Positions 17,776-24,958 of a DNA stretch of 64,000 nt are shown piece by piece; the stretch's first letter is position 1, and each line of letters opens with the position of its first letter. Under the pieces are notes generated by a model. The model worked only from the letters and a program-made list of their open reading frames with translations, did not search any database and was not told where the DNA came from. The position numbers were made by a program, and so were the translations under genes. The DNA comes from Pirellulales bacterium (GTDB lineage: Bacteria > Planctomycetota > Planctomycetia > Pirellulales > JAEUIK01), in contig JBFXAH010000001.1 in assembly GCA_050184475.1 (NCBI GenBank), positions 59,604 to 123,603 of the forward strand. The letters run 5' to 3'.

Positions 17776-17915
17776 GCGTCCGGGTGCGTCCGGGTGTGTT
17801 ACTATTGCACCGTAAATCGATTAGACGGCACAGTTTGGGGCGTGTAACACCGGCGCGGTTTTGCGTCCGGGTGACCGTCCGGTTTGCGTCCGGGTGCCCG
17901 GTTTGCGTCCGGGTG
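17776..17915. repeat. Five copies of the 11-mer GCGTCCGGGTG (often TTTGCGTCCGGGTG) in a non-coding region
   Basis: Exact copies at 17776-17786, 17786-17796, 17863-17873, 17886-17896 and 17905-17915. Confidence 0.85.
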
Positions 17916-18195
17916 TTTTGGAGTCGGAGCGGCAAACCTTTGCAACGGACCCAGCCAGGAAAGAGCGACTGCCCGCTCAAGGCGTCGATCCAAAGAAAGG
18001 TCTCCAAACTATCAACGGCGCGCTACCAGTCACCCTCTCTTGAACGCGCCCAGAGAGGTGAGGAGCAATTTGGTTGCGAATAGCGATGCGCCCGATTGGG
18101 TTCCTCGTCGTGCCGTTGGTCGATTTGACCGACGAGTAGCGAACCGAGCGACGCACTTCGTTTAGTTGCCCGGCCACGCTGTTATCCTGGACGGC

Positions 18196-18468
18196 ATGGA
18201 CGAGAGCGAGAACCCATATCGTGCGCCGGCTGGAGTCCTGGAGCGGAGTCCGTCAGCGGGCATTCTACGAACATCGCGATTCTGGCGGCGTATATGCGTG
18301 ATCAGCGCCACAGTCGCCGGCGCGATTGCCTTATCTGAGTTTTCTATACCAACTGGAGTTTACCTGTCTCCAGCCAACAGGCTGGCCAATGAGGTCATAA
18401 CGGACCTCGGAGTAGTGGCAATCATCAGCACGATTGTCGGTGCTACGCTGTGGTCCCGATATCGCTGA
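18196..18468 (+). CDS. Small hypothetical membrane protein (N-terminal ENPYRAP motif, two hydrophobic segments)
   Basis: Track ORF 18166..18468, with the ATG at 18196 preferred (MDESENPYRAPAGV...). Hydrophobic stretches ICVISATVAGAIAL and LGVVAIISTIVGATLW. No family recognised. Confidence 0.4.
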   Translation: MDESENPYRAPAGVLERSPSAGILRTSRFWRRICVISATVAGAIALSEFSIPTGVYLSPANRLANEVITDLGVVAIISTIVGATLWSRYR

Positions 18469-18544
18469 GCGACACACCGCTTCGACACTACCCGGCGCTT
18501 GGGCGCGCAGGGAGTTGAAAGCGTCCCTCGGCTAGAATGGCCTT

Positions 18545-19096
18545 ATGCACTGGTTCCGGTTCAAGCTCTCGACGGTCCTGATTTTGACCGCGATTGCGGC
18601 GTGGGCGATGACTATGCTCGTGCGTTTGCCAGTACTTGTTCTCACCTCTCCGACGACCGCAGACTATGTTGAGATTGACCATTTCGGCGATTCGAAGGGA
18701 GTCGAGAGGATGCGACAGCAGTTTCCCGGCTGGCAGCCCTCAATTGAACGTCGTCTCGTGATTGGCGCGCGTATGATTCAGCCAGCGCTTGCTCTTGTCG
18801 CCTTCCTCGCCTGGAAAGCCGCCTGGGCCGCGATCGCACGTCGACGGAGAACTCGCCCCGACGGGGCGGAAGTCAATAGCCAGGCGGCGCAAGCCCCTGG
18901 AACGCGAGTTCGCGCCAAAGGTTGCTCGACTCCCATGAGCCCTGAAGGGGCGATAGGTTTTCTTCGTGGCCTGATGGGCGGACTGTCGCCCCCGTGGGGC
19001 TATCTCGCGCTCGAAGGTCATCGCTCGTGGCGCGCCGATCTCCAGGGGCTGCCGCCCCTGGCTATTGACTGGGGCCGCGTTGCGGCCCACGGGTGA
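18545..19096 (+). CDS. Small membrane protein, paralog family 1 of 3 (N-terminal WFRFKLSTVLILTAIAAW anchor); the 3' third reads through a palindromic repeat element
   Basis: Track ORF. The N-terminus MHWFRFKLSTVLILTAIAAWAM is shared with 19226.. and 19789... A second hydrophobic segment is PALALVAFLAWKAAWAAIARRRR. The last ~75 codons coincide with repeat 18872-19069, so the true C-terminus is doubtful. Confidence 0.5.
   Translation: MHWFRFKLSTVLILTAIAAWAMTMLVRLPVLVLTSPTTADYVEIDHFGDSKGVERMRQQFPGWQPSIERRLVIGARMIQPALALVAFLAWKAAWAAIARRRRTRPDGAEVNSQAAQAPGTRVRAKGCSTPMSPEGAIGFLRGLMGGLSPPWGYLALEGHRSWRADLQGLPPLAIDWGRVAAHG
18872..19069 (+). repeat. Palindromic ~200-bp repeat element, copy 1 (13-bp terminal inverted repeats gtcaatagccagg / cctggctattgac)
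   Basis: Direct repeat of 20189-20389, about 80-90% identical by eye. Similarity extends into the flanks (about 18815-19115 vs 20110-20445). Terminal inverted repeats and internal GC hairpins are readable directly. Confidence 0.8.
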
Positions 19097-19225
19097 CCGC
19101 GCACCCAAGAGCGAAGGGTACAGTCCCCCTCGGCACTGCTTCTGCGAAGAAGTGGTACACTCTGACTGACGCCATCTGGCGTCGCAGAGACGCAAGGTTC
19201 GGCGCCGCGACGCTCGCGCGGCAGA

Positions 19226-19708
19226 ATGAATGGCATGGCCGAGCAGCCCAAGCGCCGCTGGTTCCAATTCCGGCTGAGCACGTGGTTCGTGCTGGTGGCG
19301 ATCGTAGCCTGCGCGATGACTCCACTCCCGCACTATTTCCTAACGACGACATTGCTGTTCGCCGCCATCACGGTGGCGGTAATCGCCTGCGAAAACATGA
19401 GCGCGAATCCCAAGATTGAAACGGGTCTCGCGTCGATGTCAACCGGTCTGATGCTGGTCCAATTCTCCGCGTATGCAGCGCTCGTCGTTTATACTCGTGT
19501 TGTTCGCATCGCGCGGCTGGAATGGTTGATAGCGTTCGTCAGCCTGGAATTGATCCTGTTCGTCTGGTCGACATTGCTGCTGTTCGCAACGGCTAGCGAA
19601 CCGACCAGCGACAGGCGGTCTACAGTACAAATCGCCAATCTTGCAGTGCTCGCCACAACATCTCGAGTTATGTTCGAGTTCTTAACAATGCGGTCTATCG
19701 ATTTGTAG
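19226..19708 (+). CDS. Multi-pass small membrane protein, paralog family 2 of 3 (N-terminal RRWFQFRLSTWFVLVAIVA)
   Basis: Track ORF with the same N-terminal motif class as 18545 and 19789. About 4-5 hydrophobic segments. No family recognised. Confidence 0.5.
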   Translation: MNGMAEQPKRRWFQFRLSTWFVLVAIVACAMTPLPHYFLTTTLLFAAITVAVIACENMSANPKIETGLASMSTGLMLVQFSAYAALVVYTRVVRIARLEWLIAFVSLELILFVWSTLLLFATASEPTSDRRSTVQIANLAVLATTSRVMFEFLTMRSIDL

Positions 19709-19788
19709 TCGCATCGGAGTCAGGTGGGGAGCCAGACGTGCGCGGGCTTATTCGACGCTGCGAGGCCCGCGCGGCAGAGTAGATAGCA

Positions 19789-20209
19789 ATGCACGAGCAG
19801 CCCCCACGCCGCTGGTTCCGCTTCAAGCTGTCGACGGTCTTGATTCTGACGGCGATCGCGGCCTGGGGGATGGCGTGCCGGCCGTGGGGACAATACAAGC
19901 ACGACGCACTGTCGATACCGGCGCTGACCAAGACTATCCATTTCGAAGTCCGCTGGGACATCCCGAACGTGTCTTCCGAACGTCCGTTCCCGACGCCGTC
20001 AAACAAACATTGGCTTCGCATTAAGCGCAAGCTTCGCGTCGGCAGCTCCAGTCCATTTTTTTTCGCTCGTCATTGGGCCACGACGAGTAATTTGGCCCGC
20101 GATTGCCCTGGCCGTCTTCCTCAACTGGAAAGCCGCGTGGGTTGTGGTCGCACGGCGACGTCGCAACACTTGCCCCGACGGGGCGATCGTCAATAGCCAG
20201 GGGTGCTAA
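19789..20209 (+). pseudogene. Frameshifted paralog of the 18545 gene (frame switches at a T8 run, 20056-20063)
   Basis: The N-terminal part (frame of 19789) reads MHEQPPRRWFRFKLSTVLILTAIAAWGM.... After the T8 run, the frame of position 20063 reads SLVIGPRRVIWPAIALAVFLNWKAAWVVVARRRRNTCPDGAIVNSQGC*, with TAA at 20207-20209. That aligns with RRLVIGARMIQPALALVAFLAWKAAWAAIARRRRTRPDGAEVNSQ of the 18545 product. Confidence 0.55.
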
Positions 20210-20389
20210 CCCCTGGAACGCGAGTTCGCGCCCGGTGTTTATTCCTCAACGCCCACGAGCCCTGAAGGGGCGGCAGGTTTTCTTCGTGGTCTGCCTGGCA
20301 GACTGTCGCCCCGGTGGGGCTAACACGCGCTCGAAGGTCAGGGCTCGTGGCGCGCCGATCTCCAGGGGCTGCCGCCCCTGGCTATTGAC
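20189..20389 (+). repeat. Palindromic ~200-bp repeat element, copy 2
   Basis: Same 13-bp terminal inverted repeats as copy 1. Perfect internal 13-bp stem ccacgagccctga (20253-20265) / tcagggctcgtgg (20338-20350). End hairpins ccagggg-tgctaa-cccctgg and ccagggg-ctgccg-cccctgg. Confidence 0.8.
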
Positions 20390-20435
20390 TGGGGCCGCGT
20401 TGCGGCCCATTGGTGGCCGCGCAGGCAAGAGCGAC

Positions 20436-20508
20436 GGGGACGGGAGTTGTTTCCGGCCTTCGTTGTTGAATCATTCTTGGTCGCTGCCCGGAAACGACTC
20501 CCGTCCCC
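20436..20508. terminator. Long stem-loop (21-bp stem, 31-nt loop) between convergent genes; candidate bidirectional terminator
   Basis: ggggacgggagttgtttccgg (20436-20456) pairs with ccggaaacgactcccgtcccc (20488-20508), with a single G.U position. It lies 42 nt beyond the sulfatase stop (20550, minus strand) and downstream of the plus-strand paralog locus. No obvious U-tract. Confidence 0.45.
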
Positions 20509-20549
20509 TTGGGGCTACAGCGGATAGGGCTAGTTAACCCCCTCTCCGG

Positions 20550-21869
20550 CTACTTGGCCACGGCCGCGTCGAAGTCGACCGGGTCGGCGTACTCGCGGCG
20601 CGCTTCGCGCAGCAGCTTCTCGAGACGTGCGCGCTCTTCGGCCAGCTTGGGATCGTCGGCCAGGTTCTGGACCTCGTCGGGATCGTGGGCCAGATCGAAG
20701 AGTTGCGTGTGCCGTCCGTCAGCGGCGCGGTATTCGATCAGCTTCCAGTGCTCGTCGCGGATCATCCGCTGGCAACCGCGATAGCCGCAGAGGAGCCAGT
20801 CGCGGATCTTGGTCTGTTGACCGGAGATGATCGGCATCAGGCTCGCGCCTTCGGTCGTCGCCGGAAGAGGCGCACCGGCCAGCTCGCAGATCGTGGGGTA
20901 CAAGTCGAACAAATAGACGAGGGCCGCCGACTGACCGTGCGGGATGCCGGGCCCGGCGAAGACCAGCGGCGACTTGAAGTGCTCGTACAAGTTCTGCTTG
21001 CCCATCAGCCCGTGGCGGCCGCCGACCGCCAGCCCCTGATCGCTGGAGAAGATGACGACGGTGTTGTCGGTCCAGCCGCGGTCGTCGATGGCCGCCAGCA
21101 CGCGGCCGATTTCGTGATCGAGGTGCGAAATCGTGGCGTAGTAGTCGGCCAGGTGTTGTCGCATCTCGGCCGGCGTGCGCGGGTGCGCGGCGAGCTTCTC
21201 GTCGCGGACGGCCAGTTCGCCGTTGTCGAAGGGGTGCTCGGGGAGAAAGTTCTTGGAAAGCGTGACGCGCTCGGGGTCGTAAAGCTCCATGAACTCCGGC
21301 GGAGCGATGCGGGGATCGTGCGGCACAGGAGGGGCCAGATACATGAAGAAGGGGCGCTGGCCGTCGTGTCGCTTGAGGAACTCGACGGCGCGATCGGCGT
21401 GCTCGGTGGCCGAGGCGGCGGTGCGGCCGTCGTTTTCGATGTTCGTCTCGAAGGCGGCGTGGGCGAACGTGCAGGAGTTGCCCCGCTTGCCGCAATGCCA
21501 GGTGGCGTAGCCGGCGCGGCCGATCACGGTCGGCAGCAGATCGACGCCGCTGGGAGCGGTGCGGGCGCGGGGATTCTCCGGGATGCGCCAGAGCGAGCGG
21601 CCGGTCAGCAACATGGTGCGGCTCGGGGTGCAGACCGCCGGAACCATCGAGCCCATGCAGTAAGCGTTGGTGAAGTGGAAGCCGCGCTCGACCAGCCGGT
21701 CGAGGTGCGGCGTGTGGATTTCGGGGTTGCCCAGCGCGGCGATGGTGTCGAACCGCTGGTCGTCGGCGTAGACAAGGAGGATGTTCGGCCGATCAGGCGA
21801 CTGGTCGCCCGCGTGCAGCAGGGGAACAAGCCAGAGCGAGGCCGCGACTAGCAGCACAGCGCGCAGCAT
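20550..21869 (-). CDS. Sulfatase (arylsulfatase A-type, formylglycine-dependent)
   Basis: PNILLVYADDQRFD and the CTPSRTMLLTGR (C-x-P-x-R) motifs. Signal peptide MLRAVLLVAASLWLVPLLHA from the ATG at 21869. The track ORF extends to 22022 through an upstream duplicated copy of the start region. Confidence 0.9.
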   Translation of the reverse strand: MLRAVLLVAASLWLVPLLHAGDQSPDRPNILLVYADDQRFDTIAALGNPEIHTPHLDRLVERGFHFTNAYCMGSMVPAVCTPSRTMLLTGRSLWRIPENPRARTAPSGVDLLPTVIGRAGYATWHCGKRGNSCTFAHAAFETNIENDGRTAASATEHADRAVEFLKRHDGQRPFFMYLAPPVPHDPRIAPPEFMELYDPERVTLSKNFLPEHPFDNGELAVRDEKLAAHPRTPAEMRQHLADYYATISHLDHEIGRVLAAIDDRGWTDNTVVIFSSDQGLAVGGRHGLMGKQNLYEHFKSPLVFAGPGIPHGQSAALVYLFDLYPTICELAGAPLPATTEGASLMPIISGQQTKIRDWLLCGYRGCQRMIRDEHWKLIEYRAADGRHTQLFDLAHDPDEVQNLADDPKLAEERARLEKLLREARREYADPVDFDAAVAK

Positions 21870-22068
21870 GATCGCTCGCCACAGCACTGCTAGACGAGCT
21901 AGCAGTGGCACCCAACGTCGGTTCAATGCAGGTATTGAAACTGCTTCCAGCAGCGCAGCGCGTAGCATGATCGCTCGCCCAGTGGTGCGTGCCGGGGAGG
22001 AAAGCAGGCGAGCATTTTGCATGGGAAGACTCGCGAGTTGGTGTGAAACGTTGACACTTCGCTCGACG

Positions 22069-23394
22069 CTACGGCACGGCTGTTGGGGCCGGCGGGGGCG
22101 CGGCGAAGTGGTCCGCCAAGATTTTGGCCAGCACTGCCGCGCCCTGCTCGTTTGGATGATAGTCGTCGTAAAAAAAGGGCTCGGTACCGCTCATCGCGGC
22201 GGCCGCATCGACGACCTCGACATCGTTCTCGTGGCACACTTCCAGGAGTTTGAGGTTGTACAAGTCCATCAGTTCGCGCATGGGGCCGCGCCGCAATAGT
22301 TCCCAGGGCCGGGGCTCGGGATCGGTCCGGGCGATCCACATCCGTTTGTCGGCCTCGCCACTGAGGTAATCATCCCACAGAGTCGGTTCGGTCACGCACA
22401 CGAGCCGCACGCCGCGGCGTTTGGCGGCGGCGCACAGTCGCGCCAGCCGCTGGCCGTAGGCGTCGAGTAGCTTGTCGGGCTGCCAGGGGCTCGCTGGCGC
22501 TGGGATCTCGCGGCCGCGGCGGCTTTGCACGAGACGTCGCCCCTCGCGATCGATTACCAAGCCCCGGCCGAGTCTTACGTTCCAGATTTGCTTGAGGAGC
22601 TCGCAGGAGTTCAGCTGCAGCAATTTCGGTGGTGGCGGCCAACCGTTGTCGATACCTAATACGTCGCGGACGAGGTCGTTTGCGCCGACCAGGACGACGA
22701 CGCAATCGACCTCGCTCACCAGCGGCGAGCTCTCCAGCCAGCGCAAGTGATGGCCGCTATCGAAATCGCAGACCGCGGCCGACGCGATCCAAACCGGGCG
22801 CTGCGCGTCTGGCCAACACTGTGCGAGTTGTGCGGGCCAGGTTTCGCCGTCGTCGAGATAACAGCCTTCAGTCGTGCCTCCGCCGAGGCAGACGATGCGA
22901 TAGGCGGCCGATCTCGGGGGGGGCTCGCTGCCGCGCAGGCCCCAAGAATTGATCGACTCGGAAGCGGTGCCCTGCACGCCCGGTAGCAGGACGAAGTCGG
23001 GGGCGAACTCGTAGCGCGCTCCGGGAGGACGGCCATGAAATGGCGCCCAGTCGCGCGACCAGCGCAAGGCGACCTCGGCGATGACAAGCCCCACGAGGGC
23101 CGCCATCGACATCAGCCAGAGCTGCGCGGCACGTCGTGCCAACCAGCGCCGAACCACGCCGCTGGCGGCCAGCAACTGCAGCAGGGCCAGCATCGCCACG
23201 GCCGGCCAGGCGAGCTTTCCCCAGGGACCTTCTCCGGCGCCGGACCAGCCGCGGGCGCGAGCCAGCAGCCAATCGACCGTTACGATCGCCGGCAGGAGCG
23301 AGGCCCCCCACCAGCCGATGACCCAGCGCCAACCAGCGATGCGCGACGCCAGGACTCGAGACGGGAGATCGACCCGGGCAGCCACGCTTGTCAC
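22069..23394 (-). CDS. Membrane-anchored SGNH-hydrolase-like protein
   Basis: The N-terminal ~110 aa contain 3 hydrophobic segments. The C-terminal domain has SGNH-like blocks VCLGGGTTEG (block I with Thr in place of Ser), LVGANDL and YDDYHPNEQG. Confidence 0.6.
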   Translation of the reverse strand: MTSVAARVDLPSRVLASRIAGWRWVIGWWGASLLPAIVTVDWLLARARGWSGAGEGPWGKLAWPAVAMLALLQLLAASGVVRRWLARRAAQLWLMSMAALVGLVIAEVALRWSRDWAPFHGRPPGARYEFAPDFVLLPGVQGTASESINSWGLRGSEPPPRSAAYRIVCLGGGTTEGCYLDDGETWPAQLAQCWPDAQRPVWIASAAVCDFDSGHHLRWLESSPLVSEVDCVVVLVGANDLVRDVLGIDNGWPPPPKLLQLNSCELLKQIWNVRLGRGLVIDREGRRLVQSRRGREIPAPASPWQPDKLLDAYGQRLARLCAAAKRRGVRLVCVTEPTLWDDYLSGEADKRMWIARTDPEPRPWELLRRGPMRELMDLYNLKLLEVCHENDVEVVDAAAAMSGTEPFFYDDYHPNEQGAAVLAKILADHFAAPPPAPTAVP

Positions 23395-23409
23395 CGCGCC
23401 ATCCCGCGA

Positions 23410-24822
23410 TCAGGCCAATAGGTCGTGCACGACTCGCCCATAGACATCGGTCAACCGGAAATCGCGGCCGCTGTACTGGAAGGTAAGCTGCGTATGGTCG
23501 ATCCCCAGCAAGTGGAGCAACGTGGCATGCAGATCGTGCACGTGCACCGGGTTTTCGACCGCATGGTAGCCGTATTCGTCGGTAGTGCCATAACGAATTC
23601 CACCTCGGACTCCGCCGCCGGCCATCCACATCGTAAACCCGTATGGGTTGTGCTCGCGTCCTGGAGCCTGGCCGTCCTGGAACTCCGCCGTGGGCGTGCG
23701 CCCGAATTCTCCCCCCCACAACACAATGGTCTGCGACAACAAACCACGGCGCTTGAGGTCGCTGAGCAGGCCGGCAATCGGCTTGTCGGTGGCCAGAGTA
23801 TTGCGGCGATGGCCGTCTTCGAGATTCGAATGCTGATCCCAGCGGTCGGCATCGACCACCGGCGGCACGAGAACAACGAACCGCACTTGCTTCTCCACAA
23901 GCTTGCGCGCGATCAGGCACTGTCGACCATAGGTCTCGGTCGCCGGGTCGTCGAGCCCGTATAGTCGGTGCGTCTCGGCGGTCTCATCGCTGCAATCCAG
24001 CAGCATGGGGAGCGAGGTTTGCATGCGGAAGGCCAACTCGTAGTTGCCCGCCAACGCATCTAATTCAGTCAGCTCGCCGCGTGCCTGTTGCGCCAAGCGA
24101 TTGAGCTGGTCGCGAGCCGCCAACTTCGACACTTGGAGCTCGGGGGTCGGCTCCCACCTTTCGATCGATCCAAACGGCTTCGACTCGACCGTCGAGAAAA
24201 TCGAACTGCGGAACTCAGGTGGGAGGAAGGCGCTATCAAACACTTGCACGCCGCCGTGCGGCAGCTTGCCGCCATGCATGACGACGTAGCCCGGCAGATC
24301 TTCGCAGATATTGCCCAGTCCATAGGAGATCCACGAGCCCATACTGGGGCGGCCCCCCAGCGGGGAGCCGGTATGCATGATCAGATTCGAGGTAGCGTGT
24401 TCCATGCTGTCGCTGACCATCGAGCGGATGATGCACAGGTCGTCCACGCACGAAGCTAGATTAGGCAGCAGCTCGCTGACGTCGGCCCCCGACTCGCCAT
24501 AACGCGCGAACTTGAACGGCGACTTGAAGACCGTGTCGCTCGACATGCGATGGACGATGGGAATCTTGATCTGCTGTCCATGCTCGCGCGCCAGACGCGG
24601 CTTGGGATCGAACAAATCGATTTGCGAGGGGCCGCCATCCATGTAGAGAAAGATGACACTCTTGGCGGGGTTTCGCGGCCCGGCCGCAGGGGCTGCCAGG
24701 GCGTCGGGCTGCTCCCGTTTGGCCGAGCACGAAGCCAAGCCCAGCAGCGCCAGGCCACCAAAGCCGTTGGCCCAGCGATACAGGAGCTGGCGGCGATCGA
24801 GAGTCGGGTTGGCGATCGGCAT
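23410..24822 (-). CDS. DUF1501 domain protein (sulfatase-fold, Tat signal)
   Basis: MPIANPTLDRRQLLYRWANGFGGLALLGLAS is a Tat-like signal. The conserved FLYMDGGPSQIDLFDPKP and WGGEFGRTP motifs are typical of DUF1501. I prefer the ATG at 24822 to the track start at 24891. Confidence 0.9.
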   Translation of the reverse strand: MPIANPTLDRRQLLYRWANGFGGLALLGLASCSAKREQPDALAAPAAGPRNPAKSVIFLYMDGGPSQIDLFDPKPRLAREHGQQIKIPIVHRMSSDTVFKSPFKFARYGESGADVSELLPNLASCVDDLCIIRSMVSDSMEHATSNLIMHTGSPLGGRPSMGSWISYGLGNICEDLPGYVVMHGGKLPHGGVQVFDSAFLPPEFRSSIFSTVESKPFGSIERWEPTPELQVSKLAARDQLNRLAQQARGELTELDALAGNYELAFRMQTSLPMLLDCSDETAETHRLYGLDDPATETYGRQCLIARKLVEKQVRFVVLVPPVVDADRWDQHSNLEDGHRRNTLATDKPIAGLLSDLKRRGLLSQTIVLWGGEFGRTPTAEFQDGQAPGREHNPYGFTMWMAGGGVRGGIRYGTTDEYGYHAVENPVHVHDLHATLLHLLGIDHTQLTFQYSGRDFRLTDVYGRVVHDLLA

Positions 24823-24958
24823 GGCGGCTAGGACGAGTGACGATGACTTGGGCTGGTGCGTGGCCCCGCGACACTCCCTCCAGCTTCCCACCCACGCGCC
24901 GGTTTGGCAACACTATCGCACGGTTGAATCGGCCGAGGTCGGCAGAATTCGGGACAAT

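Noticed and set aside
17776-17915. Possible CRISPR array, because of repeated GCGTCCGGGTG units
   Set aside because: The repeats are only 11 nt long. Two copies overlap and the others are separated by 8-66 nt of irregular sequence. The repeats lack typical 28-37 nt length, there are no uniform spacers, and no cas genes are present in the window.
18815-20445. Autonomous mobile element (IS or transposon) explaining the duplicated ~300-bp segments
   Set aside because: No transposase, integrase or recombinase ORF lies between or near the copies. I kept the copies as a non-autonomous palindromic repeat / segmental duplication instead.
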